Shown here: positions 18,725 through 27,649 of the stretch, piece after piece
How positions within the stretch are numbered: the stretch's first letter is position 1
Layout of the letters: each line of letters starts with the position of its first letter
Assembly: GCA_963699255.1 (NCBI GenBank)
Contig: OY969425.1
Span: 1,380,001 to 1,412,000 of the forward strand
Direction of reading: 5' to 3'
Length of the DNA stretch: 32,000 bases
DNA from: an uncultured bacterium
Lineage (GTDB): Bacteria; Margulisbacteria; WOR-1; CAVSGV01
Notes under the pieces: model-generated
What the model was told of the DNA's origin: nothing
Seen by the model: only the letters and a program-made list of their open reading frames with translations
Databases searched by the model: none
Position numbers and translations under genes: made by a program

Positions 18725-20110
18725 TCATTTTTGCTCCAGTACATCGTTAATGCCGGATGAAATGAAGAAAATTACGACCGGCATTATCAGCAAAGTGTTC
18801 CTGTTCACCGTGGTGCCGTCCAGGAGCCATGTGTAGTTCGGCGTAATGTAATAGATCAACACGAAAGCCGAAAAGCAAAACAGACATATCAAAAAACTGC
18901 ACAGCTGCCGGGGCTTAGAGGGATTTTTATTTGCCGGGAGCAGCATAATTATGAACATGACCACGAACATGAACCAGGCGATATTCCAGTTGCCGTAAAA
19001 GAAAAACCTTTTGTAGAAACGCTCTAATATCACGGGGATCCTGGATAAACATTCTATTGCCTTGCCGTATTCTATATTTTGCCAGATCTCCTTCGGGACA
19101 CGGTAGATGAGCTTAAAAAGCGACCAGGAGACCTTGAAAACAGACCCGATCAGAACATATACCAACACTTCTTTTGTGGTAGTTTTCAGGTCTTTTTTTT
19201 GCATCGCAAAGCAAAGCGCAAAGGTGGCCGCGCCGACGATCATCAGGTAGAAGCCTTCGTTCTTTGTCCACGCTCCTATCCCCGCCAGGAGTGCGGAAAT
19301 GATCAAGTGCCTTCTATCGCGGGATTCAAGGTAGCTGATCAGGAAAAACACGGAAGATGAAAAATATACGCAAAGGGGGAAATCGGTGTATGAAGAGCTG
19401 GAGTGGTACACCAATAGCGGCAGTGTTGTGAGCAGATATGTGGAAAAGAGGCTGAGCGACCTGCCGTACATCCTTCTCATTGAATAATAAAAAATTATCA
19501 CAAGGGCAAGAAGAAAGGTCGGGAATATAGCCTTGACCAGAAGATCGTTCCATGTACCAAGCACAGTATAGATCCATGTTTCAAAGAGCGGTATGTTGAT
19601 GGGGTAGTTGGGCTGGCCGCCGCCGGCATAATATCCATGCGTTTTGCCGAGCGAAAGCCCGTGCGCAAAAAAGAAAACCTTGGCCCTCAGGCTCCAATTG
19701 GCAAAAGCGTCAACATCCCCGATCGGCTTGATCAGGGCGGAAAAATAAGAAAAACAGATCCTGAGGAGTATCAGACCGGAGAACAGCCACTCATACCATT
19801 TAAGGCTCTTTAGCTTCGCGACGAATGCCGCGGCGCCAAATCGCGGCGCTGTCAGCTTTCTCGCGACTAAAACGAGAGGAAGAACAAAAAATACGGAGCA
19901 TGCGATAAGAATGCCCCGCAGGTCCATCGGCAGACCGAAGGCGCCGATAAGGAACATTATGAACGTCAGGATGCCGACCCCAAGGCAGTATGATACGGCA
20001 AGTTTTTCAAGCGGCTTAAGCAAGCCGTCTTTTGATGTGATCAGCTCGATCATGAGATAGCCCAGCAAGGCCGGGAAAAGAAAAGCGAATACCATTTTCA
20101 GCGTTATCAT
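18725..20110 (-). CDS. Multi-TM GT-C-like protein, module A membrane subunit
   Basis: 461 aa; KPIGDVDAFANWSLRAKVFF, NDLLVKAIFPTFLLALVIIFYYSMRR, SLFSTYLLTTLPLLVYHSSSSYTDFPL, GNWNIAWF. Closely resembles 25125-26501. Confidence 0.7.
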   Translation of the reverse strand: MITLKMVFAFLFPALLGYLMIELITSKDGLLKPLEKLAVSYCLGVGILTFIMFLIGAFGLPMDLRGILIACSVFFVLPLVLVARKLTAPRFGAAAFVAKLKSLKWYEWLFSGLILLRICFSYFSALIKPIGDVDAFANWSLRAKVFFFAHGLSLGKTHGYYAGGGQPNYPINIPLFETWIYTVLGTWNDLLVKAIFPTFLLALVIIFYYSMRRMYGRSLSLFSTYLLTTLPLLVYHSSSSYTDFPLCVYFSSSVFFLISYLESRDRRHLIISALLAGIGAWTKNEGFYLMIVGAATFALCFAMQKKDLKTTTKEVLVYVLIGSVFKVSWSLFKLIYRVPKEIWQNIEYGKAIECLSRIPVILERFYKRFFFYGNWNIAWFMFVVMFIIMLLPANKNPSKPRQLCSFLICLFCFSAFVLIYYITPNYTWLLDGTTVNRNTLLIMPVVIFFISSGINDVLEQK

Positions 20111-21258
20111 ATGGCTGCGGCCCTCTTTAATATATACCGGTTTTTGCCGAAATCCGCATATTTGCTGTACCCTCTTCTCGGGATCTCGTCCGCCTTTACC
20201 GTTTTTTGCGGATCGTAAACAAGCACGTATCCCGCCTCGATCGTGCTCTCGTATGTCGGATAAAGGTAATACCTTGATTTTTCCCCGAAGTAAACGTCGC
20301 TCGGCGGAATAACAAGCGAGTATGTCGAGCCCGCGGGGATATTTTCGCGGCAGAACTTGAGGAAATAATAAAAATCATAGTAGCCCTCATTGGTTGAAAG
20401 CGCCTGTTTTTCCTCAAGGCTTTTGCCGCCGAATGTCTGGTAATCGATGATCCCCGACCTGAATTGATCGAAGGCCGTCCTGGCATCAAGCAGAAGCCAG
20501 AAAACAAGGCAGACCATGATCATCTTTGGCGGGATTATTTTCAACAGCTTGCCAGGATGATCAACCTTGATCCAGTAAATGACGATCAGCGACAGGGAAA
20601 TGAGGATCAGCAATGAATAAATATATGTGTTCACGGGGATCCCGTTGATCTTAGGCGCGTACATGAAGTTGATCGTCCCCGGCCTGGGCCTTTCAAGAGT
20701 GAAGAATTCCTGCCAGAACGACCTGGTCGCGAGCCAGGCGTTCGGCTCAAGGAATTTGAAATCTTTGATCTCGACAAGGCCTTCTTCGTTGATCGGGCTT
20801 AGGATCATCTGTGTTACGGTTGCGAACCAGCCGGAGTTCCTGTTCAGGTCGATCAGATAGCTGTAATACCCGTTGTTCAGGCCCGTCTGGAATTCGAGGG
20901 AATTGTAATAGCTGAACCCGGGATCGCCGATCTTTTTGAAGAATATCCTGCCCGTCATATAACTTTTATTGGACTTCATCCTGACCTCCAGGAACTTGAA
21001 CCTGGAAGCGTTTATGAATATGTTGTCCTTTGTTATCAGCAGAGGCAGAGATGATGTTGAGGTGAACGCCAGGATATTGTCTTTTAACGAAAGACCCACA
21101 ACCCCTGAATATGGCGACCATTCTCTTACCTCGGCCTCTTCGCAATATGAGGCAAATGAGAGCGCGATCGCAAAGGCCAGTATTGATAAAACAAACACAA
21201 GATTTTTCATCGGCGGCTTTGCTTGTGCCGGATCTTTTCTTTTGATCTGTTCGGGCAT
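20107..21258 (-). CDS. Exported-domain membrane protein of unknown function, module A partner
   Basis: 383 aa; N-terminal signal/TM, beta-rich domain (FKFLEVRMKSNKSYMTGRIFFKKIG...YYSYLIDLNRNSGWFATVTQMILSP), central TMs, C-terminal soluble domain. 4-nt overlap with the next gene; resembles 27631-28680. Confidence 0.7.
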   Translation of the reverse strand: MPEQIKRKDPAQAKPPMKNLVFVLSILAFAIALSFASYCEEAEVREWSPYSGVVGLSLKDNILAFTSTSSLPLLITKDNIFINASRFKFLEVRMKSNKSYMTGRIFFKKIGDPGFSYYNSLEFQTGLNNGYYSYLIDLNRNSGWFATVTQMILSPINEEGLVEIKDFKFLEPNAWLATRSFWQEFFTLERPRPGTINFMYAPKINGIPVNTYIYSLLILISLSLIVIYWIKVDHPGKLLKIIPPKMIMVCLVFWLLLDARTAFDQFRSGIIDYQTFGGKSLEEKQALSTNEGYYDFYYFLKFCRENIPAGSTYSLVIPPSDVYFGEKSRYYLYPTYESTIEAGYVLVYDPQKTVKADEIPRRGYSKYADFGKNRYILKRAAAI

Positions 21259-21333
21259 AAAACAAATCTATATAATCACACCATCGTTGTCAAGTGATGA
21301 TAAACAGCTGCAAATTGTGTTAAAATCAAGCGC

Positions 21334-22767
21334 GTGATGGACAAAAACAGGGAAAATAAACTTAGTACCGCTTTTCAGATAATATTCTTTTTGTCGCTCT
21401 TTATTCTGTATGCCGTTCCTTCTGCCGGAAGGTTTTTTTACAGGGATGACTTCGCAGGCATATTCTGGTCAAGAATAGGATCGCTCAATGATCTCTGGAG
21501 AGTGATAGGCCGGCCTCTTCCCGGCAATGTCTTTTACAGACCTGTGGGAAATATCTTATATTCCCTGGATTGGTTCCTGTGGGGACCGAATGCCTTCATG
21601 TATTTCTTTCACAGTATTTTGTGGCAGCTATTCTCTATATATCTGATCTATCAGATAGTCAAGCTTCTGACCGACAATGAACATGTTGCCATACTTTCGG
21701 AAATTATTTTTCTCCTGTATTTCCCAATGAACAGCGGTTCGGTAAGCTTGTTATCGAACAGGCAGGCGGTCACGGCGATAACTTTCTGCCTCCTGTCATT
21801 TTACTATTTCTTTAAGATGAGAAAGGGTGGGGCGGCGAGATCCGCATCTTATCCGCTTTCTATACTTTTCTTTGCACTGGCCGTTTTCACGAAGGAATCG
21901 GCCATGCCACTGATATTAGTATTTGTGGTCGCCGATCTCCTTTATTTTAAGTCCGGAAAAAGGTTGTGGATACATTATTTGCCGTATTTTGCCGTCTTGA
22001 TCCTTAGATATATCGTAGGATTAATGGCTAGGGTCTCCTTGCCTTTTGGCGGAACGGTTCCTGATTATAGATATGTTCTCGGGAGCAATATATTGAATAA
22101 TCTTGTTTATTATCTTTCCTGGCTGCTTTTACCGGCGGTCGTGGTTATCGCTACCCTGTGTTTTTTGAGCTTAGTGAACGGATTAAAGATCGACAGAGAC
22201 AAAGCTTTCCCAAGGGAAATGTCCGTCTTCGGCCTTTCTTTTGCCCTGATCAATGTCTTGATATACCTGCCGTTTGGTGGGTACCGCCAGCTTGGATGGC
22301 TTCACATGTCGACGATAGGCATGGCGATATTTTTGGCCTCGCCGACATATTATTTCCTGAACCTTCTCTCCTCGAAGCAGAAAGTTAAAAAAAGCCTTTT
22401 ATTCGCGGCTGCGATCATGATCATCTTCTTGGTCGCGATCAGCGCGGTATTCCTGCCGTCGAAATTGATATTGAGGAACAGACAGGCGGGATACTCAAAG
22501 CGGTTCATCAGGGACTTCATTAAGCTGAACATAGAAAAGGACAAAAAGGTCTATGTGGTGGACATAGGCTCAAAAGATTACAGGCTGTCCGATACATTTA
22601 TATCTCCGATGGCCCAAAAGGACGTTCTGTATGAGGCGATATACCTTTTCATCGGGACTAAGACACCGAAAAGTATCCGCCTCGTGGATAAAGCGGGGGA
22701 CATCGGCAAGACAGATGCGAATACGGTGATACTGTATTACAGGGACGGCAAGATACATAAAGATTAG
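21334..22767 (+). CDS. Multi-TM glycosyltransferase-like protein (GT-C type)
   Basis: 477 aa; FFYRDDFAGIFWSRIGSLNDLWRVIGRPLPGNVFYRPVGNILYSLDWFLWGPNAFMYFFHSILWQLFSIYLIYQIV plus many TM segments. GTG start at 21334 or ATG at 21337. Confidence 0.7.
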   Translation: MMDKNRENKLSTAFQIIFFLSLFILYAVPSAGRFFYRDDFAGIFWSRIGSLNDLWRVIGRPLPGNVFYRPVGNILYSLDWFLWGPNAFMYFFHSILWQLFSIYLIYQIVKLLTDNEHVAILSEIIFLLYFPMNSGSVSLLSNRQAVTAITFCLLSFYYFFKMRKGGAARSASYPLSILFFALAVFTKESAMPLILVFVVADLLYFKSGKRLWIHYLPYFAVLILRYIVGLMARVSLPFGGTVPDYRYVLGSNILNNLVYYLSWLLLPAVVVIATLCFLSLVNGLKIDRDKAFPREMSVFGLSFALINVLIYLPFGGYRQLGWLHMSTIGMAIFLASPTYYFLNLLSSKQKVKKSLLFAAAIMIIFLVAISAVFLPSKLILRNRQAGYSKRFIRDFIKLNIEKDKKVYVVDIGSKDYRLSDTFISPMAQKDVLYEAIYLFIGTKTPKSIRLVDKAGDIGKTDANTVILYYRDGKIHKD

Positions 22768-22857
22768 CGTCAGATCTTTTTGGCAGGTCGTTCGACAAAG
22801 AAAAAAATGAGAGCATTATCTTTCATTGGCCGGATTAAGGAATGATCGGAGGGAAGA

Positions 22858-23544
22858 GTGCAAATAACGCCATACGACCAGTTTAATCCCTCTCCCTGGG
22901 GGGCACACACAAAAATAATCGAGTTAATAGGAACAGGCAAGAAAATATTAGATGTTGGATGCGCCACCGGTTTATTGGCAAATGAGCTTAAAAAGAAAGG
23001 CAATGCTGTATATGGGATTGAAGCGGATCCAAGGCAAGCAGAGATGGCAAAAAGATTTTGCGAAGAGGTTTTGGTCGGAGACGCGGAAAACATCGATATC
23101 CCATGGGAACAGGGCTATTTCGATACGATATTATTCGCCGATATTTTAGAGCATTTAAAATTCCCCGAAAGGCTTTTAACAAAACTCTCTAAATATCTGA
23201 AAAAGGATGGATTTATCATTGTTGCTCTGCCAAACATCGCCCATATAAGCATAAGGCTAAAATTACTTTTTGGCGTTTTTGACTACGAAGAAATAGGTCC
23301 TCTTGACAGGACTCATATCAGGTTCTTTACATATAAAACCGCAAAACGGATGATCGAAGATGCCGGATATCAGATCGGCAATGTGGATATATCAATACCG
23401 AATATTCCCCGGGGATTAGCGCTTGATAAACGGTTTCAAATATTTTTCAAGATCGCCCACCAAACGGCAAAACTCTGGAAGGCCGGGCTGGCATTCCAAT
23501 TCATTTTTAAAGCGAGCTTATCTGATACTGGAAGTGGTTTGTAG
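22858..23544 (+). CDS. Class I SAM-dependent methyltransferase
   Basis: GTG start behind ggaggg; GKKILDVGCATGLLANELKKKGNAVYGIEADPRQAEMAKRF, FDTILFADILEHLKFPERLL. Confidence 0.9.
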   Translation: MQITPYDQFNPSPWGAHTKIIELIGTGKKILDVGCATGLLANELKKKGNAVYGIEADPRQAEMAKRFCEEVLVGDAENIDIPWEQGYFDTILFADILEHLKFPERLLTKLSKYLKKDGFIIVALPNIAHISIRLKLLFGVFDYEEIGPLDRTHIRFFTYKTAKRMIEDAGYQIGNVDISIPNIPRGLALDKRFQIFFKIAHQTAKLWKAGLAFQFIFKASLSDTGSGL

Positions 23545-23560
23545 CTGTATATAACCCGAA

Positions 23561-24253
23561 TTATTTCTTCTCGGCCGCCAGTTTATAAGCTATCGGGGCC
23601 AAGTTCAGCTTCCTCAATAAGATCAAAAAGATCTTTTTCAGGATATCGTACTCGGGCAGGGGGATAAAGGCGGACGACTCTTCAAGGAATTCATACCCTT
23701 TGGCCAGTTTCGACCTAATGTACCCGCGTGTCAGGGCATGCGGATGCTCTCTGTCGATAAAGTTAAAAAGTGAATGAAGGATAGAAACGATCCGCGCGTA
23801 AACATTCACTTCCAATATCAATATCCCTTTGCTGCGCAGGCATCTGTTAAGCTCCTTTAGCACTTTATCTGGATCGCTGCAGTGGTCCAGCACATTGATG
23901 ATCAGTATGACATCGAAATACGAATCTTCGTAAGGCAGCTCCTCGCCCATCCCGTCGATGAACTTGACGGCCGGATCCATCAGCTCCGGAAAACTCTCTT
24001 TAAAGAAAGACGCGAGCGGATCGATCGCGTAACGTTCGCCGGCCATAAAATGGACCTCTCCGTTCGCTCCGGGCCCGACCTGTAATATCCTTAAGCTTCC
24101 TTTGAAGTAGCGGTGTTTCTGGATGATCTTATCGATCCTGCCGGCTCTCCCGACCATTTCCTCACGCACCTTGGACATGTCCGAACGGCACCTCCATCTC
24201 TTCCACCACTCTCGTTCCAGGCTTTTGCACTTTTCCCATTTGTCATTTTTCAT
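23561..24253 (-). CDS. Class I SAM-dependent methyltransferase
   Basis: 230 aa; SLRILQVGPGANGEVHFMAGERYAIDPLA, GEELPYEDSYFDVILIINVLDHCSDPDKVLKELNRCLRSKGILILEVN. Confidence 0.85.
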   Translation of the reverse strand: MKNDKWEKCKSLEREWWKRWRCRSDMSKVREEMVGRAGRIDKIIQKHRYFKGSLRILQVGPGANGEVHFMAGERYAIDPLASFFKESFPELMDPAVKFIDGMGEELPYEDSYFDVILIINVLDHCSDPDKVLKELNRCLRSKGILILEVNVYARIVSILHSLFNFIDREHPHALTRGYIRSKLAKGYEFLEESSAFIPLPEYDILKKIFLILLRKLNLAPIAYKLAAEKK

Positions 24254-25128
24254 TCAGTATTTCACCATCTTTTCTTTTCTGAAAAAGTTCGCGGCAAGGA
24301 ACCACAGCTTCCTCACCTGTAATCCGACATAAAAGATAAGGCTCAGCGTCCTCGGGTAGCGCCCATAATAATATTTTTTGTAGAAATACCACGCGCTTTT
24401 ATGATATTCGATTATCCCGCGGTAGCTTTCTTTTCTGGTCGCGGCGCCCTTTGTGTGTATCACCTCGGCATCGGGGGTATACCATAATTCATGCCCCGCT
24501 TTGTGGATCCTGTAGCACCAGTCAACATCTTCGCAGTACAAAAAGAAATGCTCGTCCATCAGGCCCACCTCGTCGATGACGGACCTTCTGACCATAAGGC
24601 AGGCGGCCATTAAGTGCTCTACCTGATGGGGCTTATTATAATCTTCAAGCGGGTGATAATATTTTTTCGTCACCGGATTGTTCGGAAAGAGCCTTTGCAA
24701 GCCCAGCGTCACAAAAAGCATGACCATGGGATCCGGAAAACTTTTTCCTGATCTCTGGATGGATCCGTCCGGGTTGAGGATCTACATCCCACGGCACCCG
24801 CTTTTTGATGTTCTTTGATGAAGCGAAGCATAGCATCGATCGCATTCGGTTTGATGTGTATATCCGGATTCAATAAGAGGATATATTCCCCGCCGCTGGC
24901 TTTTATTCCCTGGTTTACCGCAGTGGAGAATCCGAGATTTTGTGAATTTGTAATTACTTTGACATTATTATATGTTGACCTTACCGCTCCCACACTGCCA
25001 TCCCTTGATGCATTGTCCACAACGGTCAATTCAATATCTCTAAGTGTTGTATTTTGATATATTGAACCAAGAAGGTTGAGCAAAATATCCTTGCTGTTGT
25101 AACTGACTATTATTATGCTTAGTTTCAT
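24254..25128 (-). CDS. Glycosyltransferase family 2 (rhamnosyltransferase-like), frameshifted
   Basis: N-part [27 protein letters not shown]...[27 protein letters not shown]...AGAVGCR, then a second frame [35 protein letters not shown]...[43 protein letters not shown]. Confidence 0.92.
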
Positions 25129-26501
25129 TGTTTCCGTTTTTTGGTGCTTTTAGCCGGCGTCGACGGAGCAAGGGAGAGCCGCGGCATATCGAGCGTTAGA
25201 AGGTTCGCAGCGAGAAGCGCAACGACCGGCATGAACTGCAGCATATTCCGTACGGCAGGCGTTACATAGAAGAGCCAGCCATAAATGTCATTCTGCGAAA
25301 AAAAGTAGTATGACATAAAGCCGGCGAATTCAAGCGCGACGATCCCCAGCAAGAAAAGATTATACTTCTCAAAAAGCTTTTTGTAGTTGAAAACCACCAA
25401 TATGATAAGTACAGGCCAAACAATATTCCAATTGTCACGGGTAAATATGTAATCCGCAAATACTGACAGAAGGGGCGGGATCCTTGACAGGTCAATGGCG
25501 TGAAATCTCAGCGCTTCATGCGGGACAAAAAAGATCATCCTGATCATATATAGTCCGCCAAGCGCAACGGTAGCCGCTGATAAACTTTGTATCCATTTTA
25601 TTCCGAAAGCGTTCTTCAATCTCCCCGAAAATATCGTTGCAACGAACAGCGCCATAATTATGACCAGATGAAAGTAAGACTCGCTTTTGATCGTTGTTGT
25701 GGAAAGCAAAAAAATAAAGGACAGGATCAAATATCTTAGCTGCGGATTGTTAAGCCATAAGAAAAGAAAAGACACGCCCGCGAACAAATAGACAGAGAGC
25801 ATGAGGTCGCAATATTCGATCGTCGCGTGATAGACAAGAAAGGGGAGCGATATGAGGAGGTACGTTGCAAAAAGTGAAATTAATCTATCGCGGTTTCTTC
25901 GCACGGCGCAGTAAAAAAGCATCGCCAGAGAAATATAGTAAAGCGGGAAAGCGATCTTTCCCAGGATATCGTTCCACTCATTGAGGCAGACAAATACCCA
26001 GGTCTGGGATAACGGATTATGCTGGCCGCGGATAGTTTCAGGCAGGCTCGGAACATACGCGGTCCTCTCGATAAAATAGGCTTTTGCGCGGAACGAGTAT
26101 TGCGCCCAGGCGTCCCATCCACTCACCGGCTTTATCATCAGTGAAGAGAAGACGAAGAATATCTTAAGGAGGATCAAAGCGATCAGCAAGATCTCAAGGA
26201 GCTTCAGGTTTTTAAACCCCGAAAGGTCGAGATCGATCAGCCTGTTCTTAAAAGTTACATAGAGGCCCGCAAGCAGTATCGGAACGAGCGGGAGGCTTAC
26301 GGAAGATACCGTGAAAGGAATGTTCAGCTTTGTAAGAATAAAGAACATTTCGAAAGTTACGAACATCAGACCCACGCAGAATCCCAGAGCCAGCCTTTCG
26401 GGTAAAGTCGCATCATCCTTTTTGTATAAAACTAAATTAATAAAGCCAAGTCCGACCAGCGTGGGGAAGATAACCGCGTATGATGTCATCAGGTAAGCCA
26501 T
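25125..26501 (-). CDS. Multi-TM GT-C-like protein, module B membrane subunit
   Basis: 458 aa; KPVSGWDAWAQYSFRAKAYFI, NDILGKIAFPLYYISLAMLFYCAVRR, SLFATYLLISLPFLVYHATIEYCDLML, NWNIVW. Paralogue of 18725-20110. Confidence 0.7.
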   Translation of the reverse strand: MAYLMTSYAVIFPTLVGLGFINLVLYKKDDATLPERLALGFCVGLMFVTFEMFFILTKLNIPFTVSSVSLPLVPILLAGLYVTFKNRLIDLDLSGFKNLKLLEILLIALILLKIFFVFSSLMIKPVSGWDAWAQYSFRAKAYFIERTAYVPSLPETIRGQHNPLSQTWVFVCLNEWNDILGKIAFPLYYISLAMLFYCAVRRNRDRLISLFATYLLISLPFLVYHATIEYCDLMLSVYLFAGVSFLFLWLNNPQLRYLILSFIFLLSTTTIKSESYFHLVIIMALFVATIFSGRLKNAFGIKWIQSLSAATVALGGLYMIRMIFFVPHEALRFHAIDLSRIPPLLSVFADYIFTRDNWNIVWPVLIILVVFNYKKLFEKYNLFLLGIVALEFAGFMSYYFFSQNDIYGWLFYVTPAVRNMLQFMPVVALLAANLLTLDMPRLSLAPSTPAKSTKKRKQ

Positions 26502-27649
26502 TAAAATTTACCTTTCTTAAGAAGCAGTATGCTTATAAAGAACGATGAAAATATCATCTGCAGGCCGAGCAACACCAGCGTTAAAGCGAACAACGCGGGC
26601 CTTACTTCCGCCAGGGCCCCGAATCCCGCTCCGATCCACTTTACCAGTATGAAAATATTCATGCCCAGCCCGATCAGGAACAATATCCCGCCCGTATAGA
26701 TACCCCTTTCAAGAGTGAAATACTTGAGGAAAAAGCTTATGAACCGGTCTTTTACCTCATATCCTTCGGTGTACGCGTAGCACTTGGCGAACAGGCCCGT
26801 GCTCAGTATCTGGGAACCAAGGATGGCAAGCGCGTTCCCCAGGACCATATAATGGATATCGAACACGAAGCGGCCGATCTTTAGCGGCCCGGGCAGGACC
26901 GCGAGCAGGAGGAACAGGCCGATCAGAGTGATCAACAGGCCGGGGAAAATAAAAAGGTAAGTGGGACTGTAGAAAAGCATGAACCGCAGATGACGCCATC
27001 CGTCCCTGAAAGTGTGCAGTTTTGACTCGCCCCTGCGCGGGTAATATACAATGGGGATCTCTGCTATTTTCAGGTTTTCCCTTGCCGCGTTAATGATCAT
27101 CTCAGAAGCGAATTCCATTCCTCCCGATTGCAGGTTCATCTTCAAAAAAGATTCTTTTGTCAGTCCGCGCATACCGCAGTTGGGATCAGAAACGCCGGTC
27201 TTGAAGAAAAGATTAAGCAGCCAGGCTATTACGGGAGTTCCAAAGTACCTGTGAAGAAGTGGCATCGCCCCCGGGATTATTTTCCCTTTTAACCTGCTGC
27301 CCACAACAAGGTCTGCGCCCTTTTGAAGCCTGTCAATGAACGGTTTAATGTCGGAAAAGTCATAAGTATCGTCCGAATCTCCCATAATGATGCACCTGCC
27401 CCGCGCACTGGCAAAACCTTTCTTATATGTATTTCCGTAACCTCTTTCCGGCACAGATATGACCCTTGCGCCCATGGTCCTGGCTATTTCAGCCGATCTA
27501 TCCGTTGAACCGTTGTCGGCAACGATTATTTCACCGGACAAGCCGGTGGATTCCAAGCCCTTCTTTGCCTTTGCAATGCAGGCGCCGATGGTCCCTTCTT
27601 CATTCAGGCACGGCATTACGATCGATATCTCTATGTTTTTTTCTTCCAC
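26501..27649 (-). CDS. GT2 family glycosyltransferase with C-terminal TM segments (dolichyl/polyprenyl-phosphate sugar synthase-like)
   Basis: 382 aa; ISIVMPCLNEEGTIGACIAKAKKGL, EIIVADNGSTDRSAEIARTMGARVI, DSDDTYDFSDI, SDPNCGMRGLTKESF, followed by about 4 TM segments. Confidence 0.92.
   Translation of the reverse strand: MEEKNIEISIVMPCLNEEGTIGACIAKAKKGLESTGLSGEIIVADNGSTDRSAEIARTMGARVISVPERGYGNTYKKGFASARGRCIIMGDSDDTYDFSDIKPFIDRLQKGADLVVGSRLKGKIIPGAMPLLHRYFGTPVIAWLLNLFFKTGVSDPNCGMRGLTKESFLKMNLQSGGMEFASEMIINAARENLKIAEIPIVYYPRRGESKLHTFRDGWRHLRFMLFYSPTYLFIFPGLLITLIGLFLLLAVLPGPLKIGRFVFDIHYMVLGNALAILGSQILSTGLFAKCYAYTEGYEVKDRFISFFLKYFTLERGIYTGGILFLIGLGMNIFILVKWIGAGFGALAEVRPALFALTLVLLGLQMIFSSFFISILLLKKGKF

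Noticed and set aside
18725-21258. Considered assigning module A as a known PMT (POMT/Pmt) pair
   Set aside because: The acidic DE/DD first-loop motif and partner architecture do not match any family I can name with confidence, so I left them unnamed.
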